The position numbers were made by a program, and so were the translations under genes. From a virus, in IMG/VR virus record IMGVR_UViG_3300022309_000001, positions 1 to 64,000 of that record: a DNA stretch of 64,000 nt. One strand, written 5' to 3'. Below the pieces are notes generated by a model, which worked only from the letters and a program-made list of their open reading frames with translations, did not search any database and was not told the DNA's origin. The stretch's first letter is position 1. Each line of letters starts with the position of its first letter. Shown in pieces: positions 34,582 to 43,009 of this stretch.

Positions 34582-35059
34582 CGCCGACGCGGTATGTCCT
34601 GTCTGTGGCCTGGCTCCGCAGTCTGTGTGCGTGATGTCCGCGACGTTGGCGTGTCCAAACTGGAGCAGCACTCGCAACCTGGATTGTCCGGTCTGCGACT
34701 CTGGCGTCCCGGCGCTGCGCTGGCTTGAGTCCGCTGGCGAGTACGTCGCGTACGTGGGGGATGTACACGTCTGCCGCGCGTGCGGGTGGGAGTTGGTTGT
34801 AGGTGAATTCGAGGATCGGGCGTGGCTTGATCTGCTCTGTTGCCCGCATGGGCTTCAGGAGGGCGAGCCGTGCTGGCGCTGCAAGGTTGTTGAGTGGTGC
34901 AGCATTCGACTGGCCATCGTTCGGTCGCGGATGCAGCAGGCATGGTGCGGATTGCGCGGCCGGCATGACTGGGAGATGCCCAGCGACAAGGCCGCTGAAG
35001 TCGGGGTGCTGGGCTGCTGCCGCAACTGCCGCGCGACAGCGAGGAGGAGGCATGCGTAA
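34574..35059 (+). CDS. Cys-rich protein
   Basis: 161 aa with multiple CxxC pairs (CPVCG, CPVCD, CRACG, CWRC, CRNC). Confidence 0.5.
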   Translation: MDNADAVCPVCGLAPQSVCVMSATLACPNWSSTRNLDCPVCDSGVPALRWLESAGEYVAYVGDVHVCRACGWELVVGEFEDRAWLDLLCCPHGLQEGEPCWRCKVVEWCSIRLAIVRSRMQQAWCGLRGRHDWEMPSDKAAEVGVLGCCRNCRATARRRHA

Positions 35060-35312
35060 GCCGCTCGGAGATGATCTGGTCGTTTCTGGCACGCACGCCA
35101 GGTTCGGCGGGATGGTCTGGCCGTTCCCTTGCGAACAGATGAGCGAACTCGTGTGGACCCTGACGTACGGCGAGCCCGGTCAGCAGGACAAGCTCTACGC
35201 TGCGGCCATCATCTCGGCCTTCCGGCAGATGGTGGATGACCCGGAATCAAAGCGGCGCGTGGTCATCCGGGCGCTGCGGAAGGCGATGAAGGAGAGCGGG
35301 GGGACGCCATGA
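35052..35312 (+). CDS. hypothetical protein
   Basis: ATG 35052 after GAGGAGGAGG; 86 aa. Confidence 0.5.
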   Translation: MRKPLGDDLVVSGTHARFGGMVWPFPCEQMSELVWTLTYGEPGQQDKLYAAAIISAFRQMVDDPESKRRVVIRALRKAMKESGGTP

Positions 35313-36223
35313 AGGATCCGCTGGTGAAGCTGCGGTTGACGGATGCGCGCAAGTGCCGCGCAAGCATGCCGGGATGGGGCAACCTCGCGCACGGCCGGGC
35401 GCTCGATGCCGCGATCTCCGCCGCCGAGAAGCTCTCCGACAGGAAGAAGGCGCGGCCCCTGAAGCAGAAGCACGAGAAGCCATCGAAGCTCGACCGGCTC
35501 CAGAAGGGCCACAAGAGGCGCAGCGCCAAGGCGCAGCGAACGACGCTCGTCTACGATGCCGTCAAGAAGCGAGCCGGCGGTTTCTGTGAGTTCTGCGGTA
35601 TAGCGTTCGACCAGACGCTGAGCGGCGCGCCGGAGATGGATCACTTCTGGGGCAGGGGCGAGACGGGCGACAAGGCTGAGAGCATCGAGACGTGCTGGAT
35701 GCTGCATGCTGGCTGCCACAAGCTGAAGACGGACAACGTCCCGTCGCGGGTCGTGTGGCTGGAGCGCTTCCGCTTCTACGCGAGCACCCTCCACTATGCC
35801 ACGCAGAGAGACTTGGCGCTCCGGGAGATCGAATCCGAGGAACTCGTCGTGCGGGCCGCTGCCGTCACGCGGCTTGGGAAGGACTTGTTGGTGGACGCCG
35901 TTGGTGACAAGTTGTCGGTGAAGTACATTCGGGCGGTCGCTGGCGTCTCGTACAGCAACATCATCTGGCAACCCGCCTGGCCGATGCGGAACGGGACGTT
36001 CCCGTCTGGGCACCCATGCTTTGGAAACCCGAGGCCACTGACTTTCGGAGTCGAGCCAGAAACCACAGACCCGCTTGGACGCTTTCGGGGCCGGGGCTAC
36101 TTCGCGAGTTGCTTTCCTGAAGGAGACGGGATCAGCTTCGCTCCGTTGAATGACGAGCGCCCGGACGAGGTTGTCATGCGCGACATCGCCGAGTGCTTCG
36201 GCTTTGAGGTGCGCCGTGGATAG
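35309..36223 (+). CDS. HNH/NinG-like nuclease-motif protein
   Basis: CEFCG...MDHFWGRG...CHKLKTD in the central region; basic N-terminus. Confidence 0.5.
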   Translation: MKDPLVKLRLTDARKCRASMPGWGNLAHGRALDAAISAAEKLSDRKKARPLKQKHEKPSKLDRLQKGHKRRSAKAQRTTLVYDAVKKRAGGFCEFCGIAFDQTLSGAPEMDHFWGRGETGDKAESIETCWMLHAGCHKLKTDNVPSRVVWLERFRFYASTLHYATQRDLALREIESEELVVRAAAVTRLGKDLLVDAVGDKLSVKYIRAVAGVSYSNIIWQPAWPMRNGTFPSGHPCFGNPRPLTFGVEPETTDPLGRFRGRGYFASCFPEGDGISFAPLNDERPDEVVMRDIAECFGFEVRRG

Positions 36224-36917
36224 GCCCCTCATCTGCCCCGACTGGGAAGTCCAGGGCCTGCTGGCCGGGCGCATTAAGCTGCTTTGGCGTCCAGTCCAGC
36301 ACTGCAAGGAGTTCCCCGACTCAAACCAGTGGCCGGTATGGTATCCGGCCAAGGATGGGGCGCCGGTCTTCCTGGACCGTGACGGCAAGGGCGCGGACAA
36401 GCTGGCGCTCCGGTACGCGCACGGGAAGCGCTCGCCCTTCGGTGTCGCTGGGGACACGGCCTGGATCCGGGAGACGTGGCGTGTTTGCGCCATAGAGCGC
36501 ACGCGATGCGCCGATGGGGAACGGTATATGGCCGGTGTCCAGTTCAAGTCCGGTGGTGCGATGTTCGTCACCATCTCGCCCGACCAGAAAGCGCAGTCGG
36601 TGGTTGTGCGGCCGGGACGTGACAAGTGGCGCTCGTCCAGCCATATGCCCCGCTGGGCATCCCGCCTCTCGGTGCTCGTCGAAAGCGTCCGGCCGCTGCG
36701 TGTCCAGAGCGCCACAGAAGAAGACGCGCGCCTGTCCGGACTGGACCAGTACACACTCCGGGCCGCCGACGAGAGCCCGGACGCAGACATCCCGAGACGA
36801 GGGCTGGCGAAGTTGTGGGACGCCAGGATCGCGCGCCGTCCAGAGCACGCCTGGGAGCGCAACCCGTGGGCATGGTGCGCGAACGTGAAGGTGCAGGAGG
36901 TGAGCTGTGGCAAGTGA
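36216..36917 (+). CDS. phage protein with ASCH/PUA-like motif (copy 2)
   Basis: LICPDWEVQGLLAGRIKLLWRP and HMPRWASRLSVLVE...ATEEDARLSGL parallel 33528..34361. Confidence 0.45.
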   Translation: MDRPLICPDWEVQGLLAGRIKLLWRPVQHCKEFPDSNQWPVWYPAKDGAPVFLDRDGKGADKLALRYAHGKRSPFGVAGDTAWIRETWRVCAIERTRCADGERYMAGVQFKSGGAMFVTISPDQKAQSVVVRPGRDKWRSSSHMPRWASRLSVLVESVRPLRVQSATEEDARLSGLDQYTLRAADESPDADIPRRGLAKLWDARIARRPEHAWERNPWAWCANVKVQEVSCGK

Positions 36918-37131
36918 GCGGATCGGAATCTGGGTGCTCGCATGGAGATCTGCGTACGGTCCGGCCTACTGGACTGGATCCGGATGGGTGCTTAATCCTC
37001 GAGCTGCGAGGAAGTGGAAGACACGCGAAGGCGCATCCCGGGCGTTGACGGCCATGCGCGACAGTATGCCGCGCGGCGCCGAAGTCCGGCAGATCGCCAA
37101 GCCGGGCCAGGAGGTGCGCCGTGGGGCGTAG
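36907..37131 (+). CDS. hypothetical protein
   Basis: 74 aa track ORF with a GTG start. Confidence 0.45.
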   Translation: MASERIGIWVLAWRSAYGPAYWTGSGWVLNPRAARKWKTREGASRALTAMRDSMPRGAEVRQIAKPGQEVRRGA

Positions 37132-37495
37132 GAAGTCGGCCGGCGGCGTCTCCCGCTACCAGGCGCGGCTTGAGAGGCTCCGCGCTGAGCGGCTTCGTGG
37201 GGGAGCGGTGCCAACTGAACGTCAGCTCGAGGTGCTGCGGATGATGGTGCTCCCGCTCCTGGAGAGGCCAGTGCCCAAGCCGCCGCCAACATACGAAAGG
37301 CTTGGTAAGGCGCTCGGCGTTAGCAGCGCTCACACCGTCTTCTGTCACATGACGGGGCTCGAGGCGTGTGGGTTGGTGGAAAAGCTGGAAGACCGGGACG
37401 CCTACTGGCCGACAGCCGCCGGGATGGCGCGCGCCCAGGACGCATTGCTGGTCGAGGCGCTCGAGCGGGCGCTGGGGCGAGGAGAAGAGCAGTGA
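37121..37495 (+). CDS. winged-helix DNA-binding protein (LexA-N/MarR-like)
   Basis: TERQLEVLRMMV...TYERLGKALGVSSAHTVFCHMTGLEACGLVE. Confidence 0.5.
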   Translation: MGRRKSAGGVSRYQARLERLRAERLRGGAVPTERQLEVLRMMVLPLLERPVPKPPPTYERLGKALGVSSAHTVFCHMTGLEACGLVEKLEDRDAYWPTAAGMARAQDALLVEALERALGRGEEQ

Positions 37496-37520
37496 AGTGC
37501 AACGCAGGAAGGAGAACCGC

Positions 37521-38369
37521 ATGAAGTCTGAGATCATGAGCGTTACGCCGAAGATGGCCACCGAATGGCTTGAGCAGTGCAACACCAACAACAGGTCCGT
37601 GTCGGACAGACTGGTGAAGCGGTACGCTTCCGACATGACGCGGGGCGCCTGGAGGCTCACTCACCAGGGCATCGCGTTCGGCGAGGATGGGATGCTGTAC
37701 GACGGTCAGCACCGGCTGTTTGCCGTGCTGGAGTCCGGGGCCACCGTCAAGATGATGGTCACCACCGGCCTGCCGGAGTCGGCTCGTGCAGAGATTGACG
37801 GCGCTCGTAAGCGCACCGTGGCCGACAACTTCGCCATCCTGTCCGGGCGCACCAACGCCAAGAAGCTGGTCGAGTTGGCCAACATCATCAGGCTGCTGGT
37901 CGCGCACAACAAGGTTGCCGGCACGTACGCGGAGACCTCCGAGTATGTGAAGAAGTATGAGGCCGGAATCGAGTGGGCCATTGGCCTGCCGAAGGCCGTG
38001 CGGTTGCTGTCGGCCGCCGTGAGGGGCGCGATGGCGTTCGCCCACAAGACATCTCCGGAGAAGGTGGAGCAGTTCGCCGAGTTGCTGCTGAGCGGTGCGA
38101 ACTTGAAGGAGACGGATCCGGCGCTGGTGCTGCGCAACCACCTCATGCGGGTCGGCACCACCCTCAGCTCGCAGGCAAGGCGGGACCGCGCCGTCAGGAC
38201 GTTGCGTGCGCTGGCGGCGCACGTCAACGGGCAGCCGCTGGCCGGGAAGCTCTACGCGACCGAGGATTCCGTCGTGTACTTCGGGCGCGCCCATGGGCTG
38301 ACGCTTCAGGGCAGCTCCACTGCCGGAACGTCCGTCTTCACCAGTAGGCTGGCCGGCAAGAAGCGCTAG
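37521..38369 (+). CDS. ParB N-terminal-domain-like (DGQHR motif) protein
   Basis: NRSVSDRLVKRYASDMTRGAWR...GMLYDGQHRLFAV. ATG 37521 after GGAAGGAGAACCGC. Confidence 0.6.
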   Translation: MKSEIMSVTPKMATEWLEQCNTNNRSVSDRLVKRYASDMTRGAWRLTHQGIAFGEDGMLYDGQHRLFAVLESGATVKMMVTTGLPESARAEIDGARKRTVADNFAILSGRTNAKKLVELANIIRLLVAHNKVAGTYAETSEYVKKYEAGIEWAIGLPKAVRLLSAAVRGAMAFAHKTSPEKVEQFAELLLSGANLKETDPALVLRNHLMRVGTTLSSQARRDRAVRTLRALAAHVNGQPLAGKLYATEDSVVYFGRAHGLTLQGSSTAGTSVFTSRLAGKKR

Positions 38370-38517
38370 GCTGGTTCTGGGCTGGCTCTCGGCAGACACC
38401 TCGGCTGGCGCTCGGCACAGCCGAGCAAGTGGCGGTCGCTGGCGTCAGCGGGGTTGTCCGGTCGCCGCTGCGGTCGGATGCTGGTAACGGGGCAGTGAGT
38501 GGCGCAAGCATGGCCAC

Positions 38518-38546
38518 TTGACAGGCCACTACAATGGCGCTAAGGA
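38518..38546 (+). promoter_or_regulatory. candidate promoter TTGACA-N17-TAAGGA with GGCCACT repeats
   Basis: Perfect -35 box but a weak -10 box. GGCCACT occurs at 38512, 38524 and 38570. Locally lower-GC intergenic region upstream of the replication module. Confidence 0.3.
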
Positions 38547-38577
38547 AGTGCATAACCGAAGTGGCATAGGGCCACTG

Positions 38578-38775
38578 ATGGAGGCTGGGTTGGAGATCAC
38601 GGATCCAAGGCCGAGGATGAAGCGGCACAACATGCTCTTCCCGCTTGAACTGTTCGACGAGATCGAAAGGTTCGCAGGGAAGCTGGCGGGCAAGTTCGGG
38701 CGGCCTGTCAAGACCTGCGAGGCGGTCCGCTTGCTGTGCCGTGCTGCCCTTGACCACGAGAAGCGGACCGAGTAG
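38578..38775 (+). CDS. ribbon-helix-helix-like small regulator
   Basis: ATG 38578. KRHNMLFPLELFDEIERFAGKLAGKFGRPVKTCEAVRLLCRAAL fits a strand plus two helices. Confidence 0.45.
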   Translation: MEAGLEITDPRPRMKRHNMLFPLELFDEIERFAGKLAGKFGRPVKTCEAVRLLCRAALDHEKRTE

Positions 38776-38796
38776 CCGCGAGAGGGTGGCTGAGCG

Positions 38797-39846
38797 ATGG
38801 ATCTGCCATGGTATCAGGTGGCCGCCGACTGGATGACGCGGGACGCTCCCACCGTGGCGAACCTCCTGCGGGCTGGCAACACTCCCCTGGCCGTCCGGGA
38901 CGTACAGCGCGTGATTGGCCTTGGGTGCCTGCTCTTCGCGTACGCCGTGGACAAAACCTGGAACTCAGAGACCCCTCCTGACGGGGTGTTCCTCGGGCCT
39001 GGCGCCGGAGACCGACTGGAAGCGGCAGTCCAGTGGGACGGGCCACGGGGTGCGCTGATCGAAGCCTTCGTGACCGCCGACGTGATTGAACGTCTCGATG
39101 GCGGCCTGCGCGTGAGGGGGTGCGAGAGGTACGAGTCTCTTTGGCGCAAGAACCAGCACAAGCCCGGCAGACACGGGCGCAAGCGGGACGGGCGCGGAAC
39201 GAATGCGCCCGCACGCGGTTCGCATGCGCACGCATGCGAATCTGTGGCTCCGGATTCAGGCCAAAATGGGACCGATGCGCACGCACGCGGTCCGCATGCG
39301 TCCGCTTCCGCTCCGGTAGACGGAGACGGAGATGTAGATAGAGATTCAAAGTCAAAACCTATTGCGGGCGACGGTGCGCCCGCAGGACAGCAGCCGCTGG
39401 TCGACCCTGCCCAGACCCCTGCCGCGCCCGCGAACATCGCCCTGGAACCAAGCCAGGCGCTCCTGATGCCTGTTGCGGAGCAGCCGGCGAAGCGGACGAA
39501 GCGCGCCAGGGCCGACGCGCCGCCCACATCTCCCCACTTCAAGCCGTTGTCGGACCGGCTCGTTGAGGGCTACCGGCGCGCTATGGGCTGCAAGTACATC
39601 TGGAACGGCTCGGTAGACGGGGAGGCGGTCAAGCGGCTGTGCGTCGCCGTAGATGCCGGGGACGTGACCGTTGAGGAGTTGGGCGCCAGGTTCGAGCGCT
39701 CCCTATCGGTGGACTTCAACCCGACGACGGGGATCGCGAACTTCGCCCCTCGCAGCGCAGATCCGCGCTGGCAGAGGGGGTCGACAAGAGCCGAGGATCA
39801 GGAGCACGGACCTGTGGGCATCGTGCAAGGGGGACGGCGTGGGTGA
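38797..39846 (+). CDS. putative replication initiator/organiser
   Basis: 349 aa, directly upstream of the DnaC-like loader. Central low-complexity linker is encoded by iteron-like DNA. Call is positional. Confidence 0.4.
   Translation: MDLPWYQVAADWMTRDAPTVANLLRAGNTPLAVRDVQRVIGLGCLLFAYAVDKTWNSETPPDGVFLGPGAGDRLEAAVQWDGPRGALIEAFVTADVIERLDGGLRVRGCERYESLWRKNQHKPGRHGRKRDGRGTNAPARGSHAHACESVAPDSGQNGTDAHARGPHASASAPVDGDGDVDRDSKSKPIAGDGAPAGQQPLVDPAQTPAAPANIALEPSQALLMPVAEQPAKRTKRARADAPPTSPHFKPLSDRLVEGYRRAMGCKYIWNGSVDGEAVKRLCVAVDAGDVTVEELGARFERSLSVDFNPTTGIANFAPRSADPRWQRGSTRAEDQEHGPVGIVQGGRRG
39203..39368. other. candidate origin of replication (iterons plus AT-rich patch)
   Basis: ATGCGC[C/A]CGCACGCGGT[T/C]CGCATGCG at 39203-39228 and 39275-39300 (24/26 identical). 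CGCATGCG octamer occurs three times. AT-rich gatgtagatagagattcaaagtcaaaacctatt at about 39331-39365. Confidence 0.4.
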
Positions 39847-39847
39847 C

Positions 39848-40675
39848 ATGAAGAAGCCTGGAGAGATCGCTGAACATCCAGATCTTGAGTTGGTCCGACG
39901 CGGACTCTCGCCGCTGCCTGGGTGGGCATTGGTGCGCGAGGCCATCCTGCGGGCAAGCGGCGGGCAGGAAGCGGTAGATCGCTGGCGTGCCGCCAACCCG
40001 AAGCAGGCGGATCATGAAGATCGCGCCCGCGAGATCGCATCTGAGCGCACGGCCGCGCTGGAGTCGAAGCGCTCCGATGTACAAAGCCGCGGGCCAGCAA
40101 CCAGCGAGGAGATCGCGCGCTTGATGCGCGCTGCCGGTGCCCATCCCGAGGACGTAGAGGAGTGGTTGCGCAAGCGCCCCCTCGACACTCCGGCAGCCGG
40201 CTTCGCCAGGGAGTGGATCGGCGAGATGAATCGTCCCGACGCTCCTCGTGTTCTGGTGCTGACCGGAGGCACCGGAGCAGGCAAGACGCTCGCTGGCCTC
40301 GGCGTGCTGGCGTGGGGCGTTCAGCAGCCAAGGCGCAGGAGCGGATGGCCGGCCGCCCGCTGGTTCGCCCTGCCGGAGTTGCTCCCGCTTGGAGAGTACG
40401 AGCGCCCAGGCCGAGATCGCTGGGATGAAGCGATGCACTCATGGCTTGTTGTCCTGGACGACCTGGGCTCAGGCACCTGGAACGAGTACCAGCGGAGACG
40501 CTTCGAGGCACTCCTTGAGCACCGGATGTCTTCCGGGCTGCCCACCGTCGTCACCACCAATTTGTCGCCCAGGATGGTGCAAGACGATCCGAAGGAGCTT
40601 GGGCAGCGGGTGAATAGCAGGATGTCGGGACCTAGGGCTCGCGTGGCCGAATGCGGAAGTAGAGACAGGAGGTGA
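39848..40675 (+). CDS. DnaC/IstB-like AAA+ helicase loader
   Basis: Walker A LTGGTGAGKT, Walker B LVVLDDLG, sensor TVVTTN. Confidence 0.75.
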   Translation: MKKPGEIAEHPDLELVRRGLSPLPGWALVREAILRASGGQEAVDRWRAANPKQADHEDRAREIASERTAALESKRSDVQSRGPATSEEIARLMRAAGAHPEDVEEWLRKRPLDTPAAGFAREWIGEMNRPDAPRVLVLTGGTGAGKTLAGLGVLAWGVQQPRRRSGWPAARWFALPELLPLGEYERPGRDRWDEAMHSWLVVLDDLGSGTWNEYQRRRFEALLEHRMSSGLPTVVTTNLSPRMVQDDPKELGQRVNSRMSGPRARVAECGSRDRR

Positions 40676-40678
40676 GGC

Positions 40679-40861
40679 ATGAGAGGCCCGAAGGCGTGGA
40701 TGACCGAGGAGGCAAGACAGCGGTTCGAGCGCGCGCTCAAAGAGAGGCTGCCAGCGGATGTGCTTGCCGAGCGATTCCGGATCAGCCCCAACCACGCGCG
40801 CAACATGGCGCGAGCGCGTGGCATCAAGCTGATGGGGCTCGAGGAATTCAGGGGTGCGTAG
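40679..40861 (+). CDS. small helix-turn-helix protein
   Basis: RLPADVLAERFRISPNHARNMARARGIKL; paralogous to 16168..16407. Confidence 0.5.
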   Translation: MRGPKAWMTEEARQRFERALKERLPADVLAERFRISPNHARNMARARGIKLMGLEEFRGA

Positions 40862-41363
40862 TGGCAGTCGAGAGGACACAGCCTTGAGCATACCGGCTTC
40901 CTTCACCATTCCGCTCCGCACCGGCCGGGGGCTGAATGACCGACACGCCCACTGGGGCCAGCGCCACAGTAGGGTGGCGACCGAGCGCGACGCCATCCGG
41001 CTGGCCTGGCCGTGGCAGTGGCGGGAGAAGACGCGCAAAGGCGAGTGGGAGTGGCCGGTCGACGTGATGATTGTGAGAATCAAGCCGAAGGGCCGGAAGC
41101 TGGACAAGGAGGAGAACCTGACCGGCGCACTGAAGGGCGTGAAGGACCAAGTGACGGATGAGTTGGGCCTCAAGGATGACAGCGACGAGCGGTTGCGGTG
41201 GCACTTCGGGCAGGAGATTGGAGCGTGGGGCGTGCGGGTGGAGGTGGTGGACGAAGGCAAGCGCCGCCGCATGGCGACGCTCGAGCGGCTCCGGGCGCTT
41301 GGGCCACTGCCAACGTCGGTCCTGGCCTGCGCGGAAGCTCCAGTGCGCGATGGTGATACTTGA
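40854..41363 (+). CDS. RusA-like Holliday junction resolvase
   Basis: N-terminal ...GLNDRHAHW and KLDKEENLTGALKGVKDQVTDELGLKDDSDE match the RusA D..N..K...D...DD pattern. Confidence 0.6.
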   Translation: MRSGSREDTALSIPASFTIPLRTGRGLNDRHAHWGQRHSRVATERDAIRLAWPWQWREKTRKGEWEWPVDVMIVRIKPKGRKLDKEENLTGALKGVKDQVTDELGLKDDSDERLRWHFGQEIGAWGVRVEVVDEGKRRRMATLERLRALGPLPTSVLACAEAPVRDGDT

Positions 41364-41527
41364 ATCCGGAGGAGTTCTACGAGCGGGGTTGGTCGGTCTG
41401 TAGCTTGTGCGGTAGCCGCCGGCCTGACCGTCACATCGGAGAAGATGGGCAATGCTCTGACGGGTGGTGCGAGCGCAAGCGGGAGATTGAGGCGGAAGAC
41501 AAGCACAGGAGGAACGGGAAGCGATGA
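41360..41527 (+). CDS. unlisted 55-aa zinc-ribbon ORF
   Basis: TTG 41360 overlaps the RusA stop (TTGA). Its stop overlaps ATG 41524 (ATGA). LNPEEFYERGWSVCSLCGSRRPDRHIGEDGQCSDGWCERKR... Confidence 0.35.
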   Translation: MNPEEFYERGWSVCSLCGSRRPDRHIGEDGQCSDGWCERKREIEAEDKHRRNGKR

Positions 41528-41859
41528 GCGACTACAACAAGAGGGCCTGCACTGCGTGCCGTTCGCTGCTCTGCCATCGTGACGATGACTGCCCAACGTG
41601 CGACAACTGTGGGGAGCGTGGACACATCACGTGCTTGAGGGCTGTGGCGTCGCAGCCGAATCCTGAGCCCAACCGCGAGCTGGCGGTCTGGGATCTGGTG
41701 TTGGAGGATATGCGGGCTCGAGACGCGGCCGGCGCGGAGAAGTACGGCACGCGCCTTCAGCCGCACAACGGCAGGGACTTCCTGATGGACGCCTACCAGG
41801 AGGCGCTCGACCTCGCGGTGTACCTGCGCGGCGCCATCTACGAGAGGGACGGACTATGA
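41524..41859 (+). CDS. Zn-knuckle plus MazG-like/dNTP-pyrophosphohydrolase-like helical domain protein
   Basis: N-terminal CTAC...CPTCDNCGERGH. C-terminal ARDAAGAEKYG...NGRDFLMDAYQEALDLAVYLR resembles phage nucleotide pyrophosphohydrolase helices. Tentative. Confidence 0.4.
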   Translation: MSDYNKRACTACRSLLCHRDDDCPTCDNCGERGHITCLRAVASQPNPEPNRELAVWDLVLEDMRARDAAGAEKYGTRLQPHNGRDFLMDAYQEALDLAVYLRGAIYERDGL

Positions 41860-42200
41860 GCGAGCGCAAGCGGATCGTAATTCTGGAGTCGCCATACGCT
41901 GGAGACATCGAGCGTAATCTGGCGTACGCGAGAGCCGCGTTGCGCGACTGCGTACTTCGGGGCGAGGTGCCGCTAGCGTCGCACCTGCTCTACACGCAGC
42001 CGGGGGTGCTCCGGGACGAGGTGCCGGAAGAGCGGGCGCTCGGGATCTCCCTCGGGCTGGAACTCCGCCGTGTTGCCGAGGCGACGGTCGTCTACACAGA
42101 CCGAGGAATCTCCGAAGGGATGCGGCTTGGAATAGCAGACGCGGAAGCGCACGGGCGGCCTGTCGAGTTTCGGCGCCTGGATTCGTGGGTATTCGGATGA
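41856..42200 (+). CDS. nucleoside 2-deoxyribosyltransferase-like (DUF4406-like) protein
   Basis: KRIVILESPYAGDIERNLAYARAALRDCVLRGEVPLASHLLYTQ is recalled as this fold. Tentative. Confidence 0.35.
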   Translation: MSERKRIVILESPYAGDIERNLAYARAALRDCVLRGEVPLASHLLYTQPGVLRDEVPEERALGISLGLELRRVAEATVVYTDRGISEGMRLGIADAEAHGRPVEFRRLDSWVFG

Positions 42201-43009
42201 CTACCGCCATCGACGATGTTCTGTCCGGCCGCTCCCAGTGGTGCGTCTTGCACGGCAAGTGCGAAGACATCCTGCCGACCATGGCCAAGCGCTCAGTCAC
42301 GCACGTCATCGCGGATCCACCCTACAGCGAGCACGTCCACAGCAAGCAGCGTCGAGTCTTGAAGGGCTCCGGCGGAAGGGTGGCGAAGGGGCAGCGGTCT
42401 GGACGCGGGAAGGTCGTCGAGGCGGACCTCGGCTTCGTGGCCTTGACGCCGGAGCTGCGGAGGCTGTGCGGAGTGCACTTCTCGCGCATCGCCCAGCGGT
42501 GGATCCTCGCATTCACCGACCTCGAAGGGCAGGCCGCGTGGCAGTCGGATCTCGAGCGCGCTGGCGCTCGGCACGTCAGGATCGGCATCTCGCGCAAGCT
42601 GGCCGGCCAGCCCCAACTGTCAGGAGATCGGCCAGCAGTCGGGTGTGAAGGCGTCGAGGTGGCGCACGTCAGGGGCGAGCGGCTCCGCTGGAACGGCGGC
42701 GGGCTTCCGGCCTTCTGGGAGCACGCCATTGCCACCGACCGGAACGGCAACAGCCGCGTCCACACGACACAGAAGCCGATCTCGCTGATGCTGGAGATGG
42801 TCGAGCAATTCACGGATCCGGGCGACGTGGTGCTGGATGCCTTCACGGGATCGGGCACCACTGGCGCGGCTTGCGTGCAGCTCGGCCGGCGCTTCATCGG
42901 AATCGAGATGGACGAGACGTACGCGCAGCTAGCCCGCGACCGGATCCGAGGCTGGGGACCGGCGCTGGATGGGCGAGGCGGACAGCTTGCGCTCCTGGAG
43001 GGGGCCTAG
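42197..43009 (+). CDS. DNA methyltransferase (N6-adenine/N4-cytosine, DPPY type), second copy
   Basis: HVIADPPYSEH, HTTQKPISL and VLDAFTGSGTTGAACVQLGRRFIGIEM; ATGA coupling. Confidence 0.85.
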   Translation: MTTAIDDVLSGRSQWCVLHGKCEDILPTMAKRSVTHVIADPPYSEHVHSKQRRVLKGSGGRVAKGQRSGRGKVVEADLGFVALTPELRRLCGVHFSRIAQRWILAFTDLEGQAAWQSDLERAGARHVRIGISRKLAGQPQLSGDRPAVGCEGVEVAHVRGERLRWNGGGLPAFWEHAIATDRNGNSRVHTTQKPISLMLEMVEQFTDPGDVVLDAFTGSGTTGAACVQLGRRFIGIEMDETYAQLARDRIRGWGPALDGRGGQLALLEGA

